This document shows, one piece after another, positions 22,331-33,242 of a stretch of DNA of 64,000 nucleotides. Within the stretch, counting starts at the first letter, position 1; every line of letters begins with the position of its first letter. The DNA comes from an uncultured cyanobacterium (GTDB lineage: Bacteria > Cyanobacteriota > Cyanobacteriia > Cyanobacteriales > Nostocaceae), in contig OY970166.1 in NCBI GenBank assembly GCA_963706595.1, positions 2,752,001-2,816,000 of the forward strand, in the 5' to 3' direction. The notes below the pieces were generated by a model, which worked only from the letters and a program-made list of their open reading frames with translations, searched no databases and was not told the origin of the DNA. The position numbers were made by a program, and so were the translations under genes.

Positions 22331-23143
22331 ATGAAAACAGACAGCATCTTTTATCGCCTATTTCAAGAATTCCCTAGTATCTTCTTTGAACTGATTGGTA
22401 ATTCTCCTGAAGAAGCTAATAGCTATCAATTTTCTTCAGTTGAAGTTAAACAAACGTCCTTCAGACTTGATGGTGTTTTTCTACCTATACAAACAGTAGA
22501 AAACCCAATTTATTTTGTGGAAGTCCAATTTCAAGCTGATGGTGAAATTTATTCCCGACTGTTTGCGGAAGTATGTTTGTACCTCCGACAAAATAAACCC
22601 CAAAATGACTGGGGTGCTGTGGTGCTATACCCAACCAGGAGTATAGATGTAAGTAGTATTAAACATTACCAGGAGTTTTTCACAAGTCAGCGAGTTAGAA
22701 GGATTTATCTGGATGATTTAGGTGAATCTACGTTGCTACCCATTGGCATTGCTACCATTAAATTAATAATTGCTAACAAAGATCAGGCGATCGCACAAGG
22801 TAAAGAGTTAATCGACAGAACCAAACAAGAAATTAACTCACAGCGTCAACAACAGCAATTATTACAATTAATAGAGACAATCTTGGTTTACAAATTACCC
22901 CAAATGAGTAGGAAGGAGATAGAAGCCATGTTTGGATTAAGCGAGTTAAAGCAAACCAGATTTTATCAGGAAGCCTTTCAAGAAGGCAAGGAAGAAGGCG
23001 AACACAAAGGCGAACGCAAAGCTAAATTAGACTCAATACCCCGTTTATTAGTATTTGGTTTGACTGTAGAGCAAATAGCCGCAGCTTTAGAACTGAGTGT
23101 AGAAGATGTCAGACAGGCTACACAAAAACCTGATAACGACTAA
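22331..23143 (+). CDS. Rpn family recombination-promoting nuclease/putative transposase (DUF2887-like)
   Basis: MKTDSIFYRLF, FRLDGVF and YFVEVQFQ (PD-(D/E)XK-like); C-terminal EGKEEG repeats. Confidence 0.88.
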   Translation: MKTDSIFYRLFQEFPSIFFELIGNSPEEANSYQFSSVEVKQTSFRLDGVFLPIQTVENPIYFVEVQFQADGEIYSRLFAEVCLYLRQNKPQNDWGAVVLYPTRSIDVSSIKHYQEFFTSQRVRRIYLDDLGESTLLPIGIATIKLIIANKDQAIAQGKELIDRTKQEINSQRQQQQLLQLIETILVYKLPQMSRKEIEAMFGLSELKQTRFYQEAFQEGKEEGEHKGERKAKLDSIPRLLVFGLTVEQIAAALELSVEDVRQATQKPDND

Positions 23144-23146
23144 TAA

Positions 23147-23195
23147 AACCTCAGCGTACCTTTGCGTTAACCTTAGCGCCCCTCTGCGTTAAAAA
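23147..23195 (+). repeat. Exact 49-bp direct repeat of 22272-22320
   Basis: AACCTCAGCGTACCTTTGCGTTAACCTTAGCGCCCCTCTGCGTTAAAAA at both positions. Confidence 0.9.
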
Positions 23196-23308
23196 CTCCA
23201 TCCTCAGAGACTGCAAAAAAGCATAAACTTGAGTTAATTTTTGTTAATATTGGAGACGGTGTTAGTACTTCGTCCTTAACTACCCATACCCTACCTGAGA
23301 GAAACTTG

Positions 23309-25003
23309 ATGCTGCGACTAGAACATATCAGTAAAATTTATCCTACAGGCGAAGTTCTCAAAGATATCAACTGGGAAGTCAAACCAGGGGAGCGCATTGG
23401 CTTAGTCGGTGTGAACGGTGCGGGAAAATCCACTCAGCTAAAAATTATCACTGGGGAAATTGAACCCACCGCCGGCGAAATCATTCGTCCCAACAGTTTG
23501 CACATAGCCTACCTCAACCAAGAGTTTGAAGTAGATCCCGGCCGCACAGTTAGAGAAGAATTTTGGATCGTCTTTGAAGAAGCCAACCAAGTACAAATGT
23601 CGCTGGCGCAAGTACAGCGCGATATGGAAACGGCTACCCCAGAAGAACTGGATAAACTGATTGACAAACTAGATCGCTTACAGCGTCAATTTGAAGCCCT
23701 GGATGGCTATAACTTAGACGCACGCATCGGGAAAATTTTACCAGAAATGGGGTTTGATTCCGAAGATGGCGATCGCCTCGTCAGTGCTTTCTCCGGTGGT
23801 TGGCAAATGCGGATGAGTTTAGGTAAAATTCTCCTGCAAAAACCCGACTTATTACTACTGGACGAACCGACAAACCATTTAGACTTAGAAACCATTGAGT
23901 GGCTAGAGAATTACCTCAAAAACCTTAATACTCCAATGGTCATAGTTTCCCATGACCGGGAATTCCTTGACCGCCTCTGCACCCACATTGTAGAAACTGA
24001 ACGTGGTGTTTCTGCTACATACCTGGGTAACTATTCAGCATACCTAGAACAAAAAGCAGAAAATCAACTAGCACAACTAAGCGCCTACGAACGCCAGCAG
24101 AAAGAATTAGAGAAACAGCAAACATTTGTTGACCGATTTCGCGCCAGTGCGACTCGCAGTACCCAGGCGAAAAGCCGGGAAAAACAACTAGAAAAAATCG
24201 AGCGCATTGACGCACCTGTGGCGGGGATGAAAACCCTGCACTTCCGCTTTCCGCCTGCACCTCGTAGTGGCAGAGAAGTAGTAGAAATTAAAGATTTAAC
24301 TCATGTCTATGATGATAAAATCTTATTCTTAGCCACAAATTTATTAATTGAAAGAGGCGATCGCATTGCCTTTCTCGGTCCCAATGGTGCGGGAAAATCT
24401 ACGCTTTTACGGGTGATTATGGGTATGGAACCACCCACAGAAGGCATTGCCAAATTAGGCGATCATAATGTACTTCCCGGCTACTTTGAGCAAAATCAAG
24501 CCGAAGCTTTAGATTTAAAGAAAACAGTCATGGAAACCATCCATGATGAAGTTCCCGACTGGACAAACGAAGAAGTCCGCAGGCTTTTGGGACGGTTTTT
24601 GTTCACAGGTGAGACAGCATTTAAGCCAGTAGGTGCATTAAGTGGCGGAGAAAAAGCTCGTTTAGCATTAGCGAAAATGCTGTTACGTCCAGCCAATCTG
24701 CTGATTTTAGATGAGCCGACAAACCACTTAGATATTCCAGCTAAAGAAATGTTGGAAGAATCGTTACAGAACTATGATGGCACTGCCATTGTAGTTTCCC
24801 ACGACCGTTATTTTATCTCGCAAGTAGCTAACAAAATCGTCGAAATCCGCGACGGTGAATTTCGTGTCTACTTAGGAGACTATCATTATTACCTGGATAA
24901 AATTGCCGAAGAAAAGGAACAAGCTAAATTAGCTGCAATCGCTGCCGAAAAAGCTGCTAAAAAAGCTGCTAAAGCTAGTAAATCTTCTGGAAAAGGCAAA
25001 TGA
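23309..25003 (+). CDS. ABC-F family ATP-binding protein
   Basis: Two ABC domains (GVNGAGKST, GPNGAGKST, LDEPTNHLD) and no transmembrane segments. Confidence 0.95.
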   Translation: MLRLEHISKIYPTGEVLKDINWEVKPGERIGLVGVNGAGKSTQLKIITGEIEPTAGEIIRPNSLHIAYLNQEFEVDPGRTVREEFWIVFEEANQVQMSLAQVQRDMETATPEELDKLIDKLDRLQRQFEALDGYNLDARIGKILPEMGFDSEDGDRLVSAFSGGWQMRMSLGKILLQKPDLLLLDEPTNHLDLETIEWLENYLKNLNTPMVIVSHDREFLDRLCTHIVETERGVSATYLGNYSAYLEQKAENQLAQLSAYERQQKELEKQQTFVDRFRASATRSTQAKSREKQLEKIERIDAPVAGMKTLHFRFPPAPRSGREVVEIKDLTHVYDDKILFLATNLLIERGDRIAFLGPNGAGKSTLLRVIMGMEPPTEGIAKLGDHNVLPGYFEQNQAEALDLKKTVMETIHDEVPDWTNEEVRRLLGRFLFTGETAFKPVGALSGGEKARLALAKMLLRPANLLILDEPTNHLDIPAKEMLEESLQNYDGTAIVVSHDRYFISQVANKIVEIRDGEFRVYLGDYHYYLDKIAEEKEQAKLAAIAAEKAAKKAAKASKSSGKGK

Positions 25004-25150
25004 TCAACTGCCTAGTAGTGGCCTTAAAAGGTAACAACTAACTATGGAAAAGAATGTAAATAAAATCAGCTAATCAGCATAAATTCACTTGCGCTGATGA
25101 TTAGCAGTGGTATCATTCGGATATTACAAAAAGTAAAGGGCAATTTTACT

Positions 25151-26749
25151 ATGACCAAAGCACCTGTTGCGCCTGTGGTGCTAGTCATTTTAGACGGGTG
25201 GGGCTACTGCGAGGAGAAGCGAGGAAACGCAATTGTCGCTGCTAAAACTCCCATTGTGGAAAGCTTATGGACAGCTTACCCGCACACCCTCATCAGCACA
25301 TCAGGAAAAGCCGTAGGGTTGCCAGAAGGTCAGATGGGCAACTCGGAAGTGGGTCATTTGAACATTGGCGCTGGGCGAGTAGTACCTCAAGAATTGGTAC
25401 GCATCTCAGATGCCGTGGAAGATGGTTCTATCCTCAAAAACCCCGCACTTGTCAAAATTTGCCAGAAAGTTCGCTCTGGGAATGGCAAGCTGCATCTGGT
25501 GGGACTTTGTTCGGAGGGAGGGGTACACTCTCATCTCAGCCATCTCTTCGGACTACTGGACTTAGCCAAGGAACAGGAAATTTCACAAGTGTGTATCCAT
25601 GCCATCACCGATGGTCGTGATACTGCCCCCACTGAGGGTATAAAAGCAATCAAGTTATTGCAGGATCAGATAGATCAGAAAGGCATTGGTCGCATAGTCA
25701 CCTTAAGTGGTCGTTACTACGCGATGGATCGGGATCACCGTTGGGATCGGGTAGAACGTGCCTACAAAGTGATGACACAAGATACTGCGGTTGATGGTCG
25801 TCAGGCTGGGGAAATCTTAGAAGCATCTTATGCTGAAGGTGTGAAGGATGAGTTTATCAATCCAGTCCGCATTGCCCCTGGCGCAATAGAACCAGGGGAC
25901 GGTGTGATATTCTTTAACTTCCGCCCAGACCGCGCTAGACAGTTGACTCAAGCTTTTGTCAGCCCTAAATTTACAGGCTTTGAAAGAAAGCAAATTCAGC
26001 CGTTGTCCTTTGCTACCTTTACTCAATACGATTCAGAACTACCAGTAGATGTAGCCTTTGAACCGCAAAATTTGAGTAATATTTTAGGTGAAGTAATTGC
26101 TAATCATGGTTTGCAGCAATTCCGCACGGCTGAAACGGAGAAATACGCCCACGTCACCTATTTCTTTAATGGGGGACTAGAGGAACCTTTGCCTGGGGAA
26201 GACCGAGAACTCGTAAGTAGTCCAATGGTAGCAACTTACGACAAAGCCCCGAAGATGTCAGCAGAAGCTGTTACAGATGTGGCGATCGCAGCAATCAAAA
26301 AGGGTGTGTATACTTTAGTAGTGATTAACTATGCTAACCCAGACATGGTAGGGCATACTGGTCAAATAGAAGCCACGGTGACAGCGATTGAAACAGTGGA
26401 TCGCTGTTTGGGGAGATTACTCACCAGCATTAGCAAAGCCGGAGGTACAGCCATGATTACTGCTGACCACGGTAACGCCGAGTATATGCTAGATGAAGAA
26501 GGTAATCCCTGGACAGCTCACACAACTAATCCAGTCCCCTTCATTTTAGTGGAAGGAGAGACTGTAAAAATCCCTGGACATGGTACAAATGTGGCACTGC
26601 GAAGCGATGGCAAGTTAGCCGACATTGCACCCACCATACTAGAGATTTTACAGCTGCCGCAACCGTCAGAAATGACAGGGCGATCGCTATTGACACCAGC
26701 CGGATATGATGTGGAACGCACTCGGACTCCCGTTGAAGCTGGTATGTAA
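25151..26749 (+). CDS. gpmI: 2,3-bisphosphoglycerate-independent phosphoglycerate mutase
   Basis: LVILDGWG, GNSEVGH, AETEKYAHVT and TADHGN. Confidence 0.97.
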   Translation: MTKAPVAPVVLVILDGWGYCEEKRGNAIVAAKTPIVESLWTAYPHTLISTSGKAVGLPEGQMGNSEVGHLNIGAGRVVPQELVRISDAVEDGSILKNPALVKICQKVRSGNGKLHLVGLCSEGGVHSHLSHLFGLLDLAKEQEISQVCIHAITDGRDTAPTEGIKAIKLLQDQIDQKGIGRIVTLSGRYYAMDRDHRWDRVERAYKVMTQDTAVDGRQAGEILEASYAEGVKDEFINPVRIAPGAIEPGDGVIFFNFRPDRARQLTQAFVSPKFTGFERKQIQPLSFATFTQYDSELPVDVAFEPQNLSNILGEVIANHGLQQFRTAETEKYAHVTYFFNGGLEEPLPGEDRELVSSPMVATYDKAPKMSAEAVTDVAIAAIKKGVYTLVVINYANPDMVGHTGQIEATVTAIETVDRCLGRLLTSISKAGGTAMITADHGNAEYMLDEEGNPWTAHTTNPVPFILVEGETVKIPGHGTNVALRSDGKLADIAPTILEILQLPQPSEMTGRSLLTPAGYDVERTRTPVEAGM

Positions 26750-26836
26750 CATAGCTGAGGAGTGAAGAGTCTTTTCACTCCTCGCTTTCGACTTTTGATC
26801 CAAATTTGAAATTTGTTATAAGAGAGATTCTTAACT

Positions 26837-27070
26837 ATGACAGCTACTACTATTGTGCAAGGTGTTTGGGCCCTTTCTGCTTTAGGTTTAATTATTTTGG
26901 TGCTACTACATAGCCCCAAAGGTGATGGAATTGGTGCTATTGGCGGACAAGCCCAATTATTCAGCAGTACCAAGAGTGCAGAAGACACCTTAAACCGTGT
27001 TACCTGGGCGCTAACAGTCATGTTTATGGGTTTAACGGTGGTTTTGAGTGCAGGTTGGCTACCTAAGTAA
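26837..27070 (+). CDS. secG: Preprotein translocase subunit SecG
   Basis: LHSPKGDGIG; two transmembrane helices; gpmI-secG order. Confidence 0.95.
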   Translation: MTATTIVQGVWALSALGLIILVLLHSPKGDGIGAIGGQAQLFSSTKSAEDTLNRVTWALTVMFMGLTVVLSAGWLPK

Positions 27071-27088
27071 AAATAAGGGAATAGGATA

Positions 27089-27847
27089 ATGGGAAATAAA
27101 AATCAATACCCAAAACCTAAAACCCGCAAAAGTTTCAATAGACGACGGTTACTAGCAGTTCTGTCCTTATTAATTGGGGCAGGACTGCTAGTTATTTTTA
27201 CTAACCTGCCATCTAATGCTGTAATACAAAGCACCTCTATCTCCTCATCTCCCCATCCTCTACCGCCCACACTGGCGCAATGGCAAGATCATACAAATAG
27301 TGGTGATTACTTTTCCCAAGTGCAAAAAACACAGGTAGGTTATTTAGTCTGGTCGCAATTTCCGGTTAAAGTATATGTAGAGATGCCACAATCAGCAAGT
27401 AATACCCAGGCTCAAGCATGGTTTAGCAGTGTCTTAGAGACTGTGAAAGAGTGGAGTGCTTATTTGCCCTTAGTGGTAGTGGAACAACCAGATATTGCTG
27501 ATATTACGATTTTGCGAAAAGCACCACCTTTGCAATTTTCCCGTGATGGTAATTTTCCTCGTGCGCGTTCTGCACAAGCTACTTATGAGTTATATACCAG
27601 GAATAATATTTTATCCCACCGCTTCACCATTTTATTGAGTCCTACTCAAACAGGTGTATTTCTCAAAGCAGCCTCCCGCCATGAACTTGGTCATGCTTTA
27701 GGAATTTGGGGTCATAGTGATTTACCAACTGATGCTTTATACTTTTCCCAAGTTCGCAACCCTCCTCCTATTTCTCCCAGAGATGTGAATACTCTCAAGC
27801 GGGTTTATGAACAGCCTACCAATTTGGGATGGTCTTTAAACAAATAG
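27089..27847 (+). CDS. Secreted or membrane-anchored zinc metallopeptidase (matrixin-like)
   Basis: HELGHALGIWGHS motif; N-terminal hydrophobic segment. Confidence 0.85.
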   Translation: MGNKNQYPKPKTRKSFNRRRLLAVLSLLIGAGLLVIFTNLPSNAVIQSTSISSSPHPLPPTLAQWQDHTNSGDYFSQVQKTQVGYLVWSQFPVKVYVEMPQSASNTQAQAWFSSVLETVKEWSAYLPLVVVEQPDIADITILRKAPPLQFSRDGNFPRARSAQATYELYTRNNILSHRFTILLSPTQTGVFLKAASRHELGHALGIWGHSDLPTDALYFSQVRNPPPISPRDVNTLKRVYEQPTNLGWSLNK

Positions 27848-28000
27848 TTATAGATAGCATCACCGTGCTAATTGCTACCCAACTATAATCAGAAGTATAT
27901 TGCTTTTGAGTTTGGTGGTCATTCGGTTTGAAATAAAAGCTTTGAGATTAGCACTAAAGATAATAAACTTGGATTGAGAAAATTAAAAATATTATTGTAT

Positions 28001-28600
28001 TTATAATGTTTCTTTTCTAGAATAAACAGAGATTAAACGATGTCGAACCAAGTAGTCAATTTGGTAAATAAGCGCTCCTTGAATTAACCACATCAAACCA
28101 AATATTACTATGATTGTCTCTTCAAATGGTGTGTAGCTTTCAACAGCCTTTGCATAATTAAGTTGAAATAAAGGTAAAACAATAGTGCCAACTAAAAAAC
28201 TTGTCAGCGTAGATAAAGTAATTACAAGCCAAGCATATATCCCTTCCCACCAACTCATTAATTTTGGGATTAATCCTTTTACAACACCTATTTCTGGTGC
28301 TTGAATTTCCGGAATAAAACGACTGAAAATTAAATGCAAAAAGTGATGGGTAAAGGCAATAATTGCAATTGGGCAGAGAAGAGTTATTATTATGAATATA
28401 ACCAGGATTTCGGGACTACTTGCAAAATAAGCAACATTGTAGCCTACTTTTACTAAAATCTCAGCTACAAATATAATCACTCGGAGAAATATTATCAAAA
28501 TCAATGATTTTAACCAACAGCTAGGGTAAGGTAGCCATGCAGGCCAACGAGACTTTTGAGATTTTTGCTTTTTTGGTTCCACAATATTTGGTTTTGTCAT
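28001..28600 (-). CDS. Hypothetical membrane protein
   Basis: 199-aa ORF with about four hydrophobic segments. Confidence 0.75.
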   Translation of the reverse strand: MTKPNIVEPKKQKSQKSRWPAWLPYPSCWLKSLILIIFLRVIIFVAEILVKVGYNVAYFASSPEILVIFIIITLLCPIAIIAFTHHFLHLIFSRFIPEIQAPEIGVVKGLIPKLMSWWEGIYAWLVITLSTLTSFLVGTIVLPLFQLNYAKAVESYTPFEETIIVIFGLMWLIQGALIYQIDYLVRHRLISVYSRKETL

Positions 28601-28720
28601 ATCAATAAGGGTAAGATTAAAGAAAATAAATTTCTAAACTTAATATTCCCTTTTTATAACCGTAAATATCATTTTTAAATGCTTAGATTTTAATGCTGCT
28701 TAATACATTAGATGTTCTCA

Positions 28721-28756
28721 ACAAAAAAGTAGGGACATTTCAGAGAAAGTCCCTAC
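28721..28756 (-). terminator. Intrinsic terminator downstream of the OCP gene
   Basis: GTAGGGAC/GTCCCTAC stem followed by a T run on the minus strand. Confidence 0.7.
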
Positions 28757-28848
28757 AAGGGTTTTAGAAAAAGCATATTTAAATGTTGTCGATGTCTGGC
28801 GAATTTTAGAAATATTGTATTAGGATAGGCATTGCCTACCCTCTTTGA

Positions 28849-29817
28849 TTAAACGCGACGCAGACTTAGTAGTTCTTCAGGAGAAGCCAGCATATCAATC
28901 GCTACGAAGAAAATTTTGCCTTCGGGATTGATTAAGAACCGCCAAGCAATATTCATACCCACGGTAACACCGAACCAAGGAGTTTGCACAACACCTGTAA
29001 TTTTAAGTTGCTTAGAACCATCAGGCTGATCTTCACAGATACCTTGTTTTGGCATCATGTTCAGTCCTTGAGCTTCTTCGCGCATATATTTGGCGATCGC
29101 TTCAGGCCCTACAATCGGTTTTTGGAATGGTGGTTGTAGCGCACCTTCAGCAGTAAACAGACTAATAGCTTTATCAAAGTCGTCAGCATTCATCGCTTCA
29201 ATATAGCTCAGTACAGCAGGCTCTGTAACGCCATCAATTTTGACTGAGGAGATAGATGGAGAAGTCCGAGCAAATGCCGGTTCCTCAGCAGCCTTGGGAT
29301 AGCTACTTGGTCCCAAATCAGAGGTATCAAAACCCATATTTACTACAGTGTTCCGTAGCACTGTAATTTGCTGACCTGGATCAAGTTTTTTGGTAGCGTC
29401 TAGCACTACTTGTACACCAGGAGTCATTTGATAACCACTGGGGATAGGAGCAACTACACCCTGCTTCATCAATTCGCCTAACTCGTACCAAAAAGCCAGC
29501 TTGGTATTAACACTGAAAAAGCCATAAGAACGGCTGATAGGAGCGTCAGCACGACTAGCAAGATCCCGCATCACTTGGGTTTGCTCTTCAGAAGACATTT
29601 TCTTAATTTGGGTGAGCAAACTTTCTGCTAGTTGCAGACGTGCGGCTCCAGGAGCTGCGGGAGTAATTGTCTTACCCATTTCAGTGTAAGCGTACCAAAG
29701 ATATGCCAGTTGGTCATCCACACCGAGTTGATCGAACAGAGCGATGGTAGCGGGAATCGGGCTGGGAACCTGAGTATTAGAGAAGATATTCTGAGCGGAC
29801 TGAATAGTTAAAGCCAT
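28849..29817 (-). CDS. ocp: Orange carotenoid protein, probably OCPx/OCP3 clade
   Basis: N-terminal domain (EMGKTITPAAPGAA) and NTF2-like C-terminal domain (VQTPWFG, IDMLASP). Confidence 0.93.
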   Translation of the reverse strand: MALTIQSAQNIFSNTQVPSPIPATIALFDQLGVDDQLAYLWYAYTEMGKTITPAAPGAARLQLAESLLTQIKKMSSEEQTQVMRDLASRADAPISRSYGFFSVNTKLAFWYELGELMKQGVVAPIPSGYQMTPGVQVVLDATKKLDPGQQITVLRNTVVNMGFDTSDLGPSSYPKAAEEPAFARTSPSISSVKIDGVTEPAVLSYIEAMNADDFDKAISLFTAEGALQPPFQKPIVGPEAIAKYMREEAQGLNMMPKQGICEDQPDGSKQLKITGVVQTPWFGVTVGMNIAWRFLINPEGKIFFVAIDMLASPEELLSLRRV

Positions 29818-30143
29818 ATTCAAAATTAATCAGAGGTTTAGCTGCTATGTAAAAAATTGTAAATTAAATCTTAAACTTTGTAAAGTTATTTAGTTAAAAC
29901 TTGACATACGCCTGTAAAAGTAACGTCTCATACAGTATTACAGGGAAAAAACACAATAAATCTAGGCGATCGCGATTAATCCCCTAGATGAACTATATCA
30001 ATAACTGGTTATTCAGTAGTTATTGATATAGTTGTTGAGGATGTATACCTCGGCTTACGGGTACGCCACACCAGCTATTGTGAGTGTAGTTAACTAAGGA
30101 CTAATGAATAAGGACTAATGACTCCGCGTAGCGGATTGATATT

Positions 30144-31289
30144 TTATGCCCTACGACTCAGAGGTAGAGGCCACTGTGCTAAAACTTCTTTGTATAATTC
30201 TTCTAGCTGAGTAATATTTTTACTGAGGGTATAGCGGTCTAGTACACGCTGTCTGGCTTTTTGTCCCAGTAAGGTAGTTAACTCCGGATGGTCTTGAAAT
30301 AATGGTAAAAGAGTTCTTAATTGCGATCGCGCTGTCTTAGTATTCAATACTACACCTGCCCCTGCCTCTAACACTTCACCGTCTGCACCCACATCTGTGG
30401 CTAAACAAGCTATACCACAAGACATTGCTTCTAACAGAGACAGAGACAAGCCCTCAACTAATGAAGGCAAAATAAAGACATCAGCACCCCGTAAAATCTC
30501 TATCCGGCGCTGTTCATCAGCCACAAATCCCAACCAGATAATGCCGGCATCTGAACCATAAAATGGTTCCAAAGAAGACTTCAACGGACCATCACCCACC
30601 ATCAGCAACTTACTACCAGCCCTCATCTGTGATTGTTTCCAAGCCCGCAGAAGAGATTCCACGTTTTTTTCTGGCGCTATGCGACCTTGATAAACAAACA
30701 AACGTTCCGCTTTAAACTCGGCTTTGATTGTAGACTTTCCTGGAGAAAACTTGGCAGTATCAACCCCATTGGGAATCACGGCAATTTTCTTGTCCTTCAC
30801 ACCCAGACTTGCTAATAACTCGCGCTGAATTTGGGAAAACACAATCACGCGGTCGTATTTCCCCAAACAAGGCGCGTAGAGTTGATAAGCTAACATCTGT
30901 GTACCCGATACAAATTTTGCCCCCTTCCCCGCAAACGCTGTGTGAAAAGTGGCAATCAGAGGCAAATTCAATTGCTCGCAGATTTCCGGTAGCATAAAGT
31001 CCAGGGGCGATAAACTTAGAGAAGCATGGACTATATCCGGCTGGATTTTCCGGAGCGAATCAGTTAATACCTTGGTGGCTTTAAAACTGGGAATTGTATA
31101 AACTTGGGATTTATAAATAAACGGTAGGGAAACTTCTTGGAAATTTGGCCAATTATCGGGTTCAGATTCTTCTTGGGCGAAGTGGAGAAAACTAACTTCG
31201 TGTTCCCGGTGCAAGGCATTTGTAACTTCTCGACTGTAGGTGACGTTACCACAAAAGGGTGATTTCTTTCCAATCCAGGCTATACGCAT
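30144..31289 (-). CDS. Glycosyltransferase family 4
   Basis: IPNGVD, GRIAPEKN and EGLSLSLLEAM. Confidence 0.92.
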   Translation of the reverse strand: MRIAWIGKKSPFCGNVTYSREVTNALHREHEVSFLHFAQEESEPDNWPNFQEVSLPFIYKSQVYTIPSFKATKVLTDSLRKIQPDIVHASLSLSPLDFMLPEICEQLNLPLIATFHTAFAGKGAKFVSGTQMLAYQLYAPCLGKYDRVIVFSQIQRELLASLGVKDKKIAVIPNGVDTAKFSPGKSTIKAEFKAERLFVYQGRIAPEKNVESLLRAWKQSQMRAGSKLLMVGDGPLKSSLEPFYGSDAGIIWLGFVADEQRRIEILRGADVFILPSLVEGLSLSLLEAMSCGIACLATDVGADGEVLEAGAGVVLNTKTARSQLRTLLPLFQDHPELTTLLGQKARQRVLDRYTLSKNITQLEELYKEVLAQWPLPLSRRA

Positions 31290-31640
31290 TCTTTGTTAGC
31301 TATCAGAAAAGCGGGTTTGATAAATCAATTTTTTAGTTGCTTGTCTTTGATCCTGTTGTAATTTTGGGCTGTTTAGGTTGCATAAAACTCCACACTACTC
31401 CAGTCAATAAGCCAAGCTTTATTACTATTAAACCAGTGTATTGCCGGATTTAACCTCTAATTATTGAGTTGTGAATAACTATATTTTAATAAAGATTTTG
31501 TCTCGCTCATATCAAATTGATACTCAGCAAGTCTATGATAGATTTTGGCTGGATTTAGTTTAGCACGAAAGCACAATCTTTCAGGAAATTGGTGTTCCCA
31601 GTCATGTATTGAATTATATCTTCTTGAAGTCTGATCACTA

Positions 31641-33242
31641 CTAATGGGAGTTATAAAAAGTTAATATACCTCCTGAAAAGACAGTCACAGCTAATACCAA
31701 GAAAACGGCTTGTAATCCCATAAAGGTTTCAGCTACGCCGGCTAATGCTAATGGTAAAGTTAAGGCAATATTAATAACATTATTTTGCAAACCAAATACC
31801 TTACCACGCATATCTGGAGGGGTTTCTGTTTGAATAGTGGTTTGCATAGGAATACCGACTAGCGCCCCAAACACACCCAAAAAGGCGATTAAAATCAGAA
31901 TTATCCAGAGTTGTGTCGTGAATATAGACAGACCAATCAGACATCCTGCCATACCTAAGCAACCGCATAGACTAAGTTGGGAGTAGGAGAAGCGTTGACC
32001 AAACTGACCGAGAATTGTCGCCCCTACCGCCATACCAATCCCACCAAATGCTAGTAAAAAGCCAAATTGAGATGCTTTTAAGTTAGGAATGATTTCTGCC
32101 ATCCGCACAGCTAGAACAGTTAAGGCCGCAAACACAGAAAACAAAATAGTCAGTTGTAGTAAAGCATTGCGGACACGACAATTAGCTTTGAGGTAAGAGA
32201 AACCATCCCGCAAGTCAGAGAAGACGTGAGGGAATTCTGTGTCTGGGTGGTGGGGTGTTTCTTTAGTTACCAATAGCAGTAAAATGAATCCAGCGATCGC
32301 ATAACTACCACCTACCAAAATTTCCTTGCCTAATCCACTACTACCACCAATTTGCAGCCAAAGTGTATCCGCGATCGCCAACAGTGGTTCCCCAATGGCA
32401 AACCCCACAATCACCGAAGCCATCATGGTTGTTGTATACAGAGAATTAGCCGAAAGTAAATGCTGTTCTTCCACCACCAAAGGAATTGCCGTTTGTTCTG
32501 CGGGCGCAAAAAACTGAGTTAAAGTAGAGACTAAAAAAGTCACACCCAAAATAATCCCAAAACCCACAGGTAACATCCCAATGGGTTGCCAATCATCAGT
32601 TAACCACAGCAAAAAAGGAATTGACAACACCAGGAGACCACGCCAAGCATTCGTTGTTACCAGCACAGTCTTTTTTGACCAGCGATCCACAAATACACCA
32701 GCCACAGAACCAAACAGTACAGCCGGAATCGTAAAAGCCATCATTAAAGCCGATACCCAACCGCTAATGCTTTGATCACTCCCCTGAAACTGAGTATTAA
32801 TCAAGCCAATCATCAGCACCAAATATACTTTATCTGCCATCTGGCAGAAAACCTGACCACCCCAAAGAGCGAGAAAATTGGGATTTTTTAATACAGGTAA
32901 AAACCCCTGCTGTCCCCCATTTGCTGATCTGGTGTCACCATCGGCACCAGACCCATCTAATTGTGGTGATTCTGGTTCTGAACCAGTAACTGCTGACAAA
33001 CTCCGTCCATTCCCGTTGACAAGGGCTGCGGATTCTTGGGAAAGCTCAGTTTTTGGGCTTGATGATGTACTACTGTTTGGAACATTTTCAGAGACATCTT
33101 GTGTAGGATGTTCTTGGCTATTTGTAGACTTAGGAACAGCACTCAAGTGATTCTTGACTGTAGGATCTGATGCCCTATTCTGTTTTTTGGTGTTTGGTGA
33201 TAAAGGTAGGATTTTTCTATCCAAATCAGACGGTTGCATCAT
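31641..33242 (-). CDS. MFS transporter
   Basis: [10 protein letters not shown] motif A; about 12 transmembrane segments; start uncertain. Confidence 0.9.
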   Translation of the reverse strand: MMQPSDLDRKILPLSPNTKKQNRASDPTVKNHLSAVPKSTNSQEHPTQDVSENVPNSSTSSSPKTELSQESAALVNGNGRSLSAVTGSEPESPQLDGSGADGDTRSANGGQQGFLPVLKNPNFLALWGGQVFCQMADKVYLVLMIGLINTQFQGSDQSISGWVSALMMAFTIPAVLFGSVAGVFVDRWSKKTVLVTTNAWRGLLVLSIPFLLWLTDDWQPIGMLPVGFGIILGVTFLVSTLTQFFAPAEQTAIPLVVEEQHLLSANSLYTTTMMASVIVGFAIGEPLLAIADTLWLQIGGSSGLGKEILVGGSYAIAGFILLLLVTKETPHHPDTEFPHVFSDLRDGFSYLKANCRVRNALLQLTILFSVFAALTVLAVRMAEIIPNLKASQFGFLLAFGGIGMAVGATILGQFGQRFSYSQLSLCGCLGMAGCLIGLSIFTTQLWIILILIAFLGVFGALVGIPMQTTIQTETPPDMRGKVFGLQNNVINIALTLPLALAGVAETFMGLQAVFLVLAVTVFSGGILTFYNSH

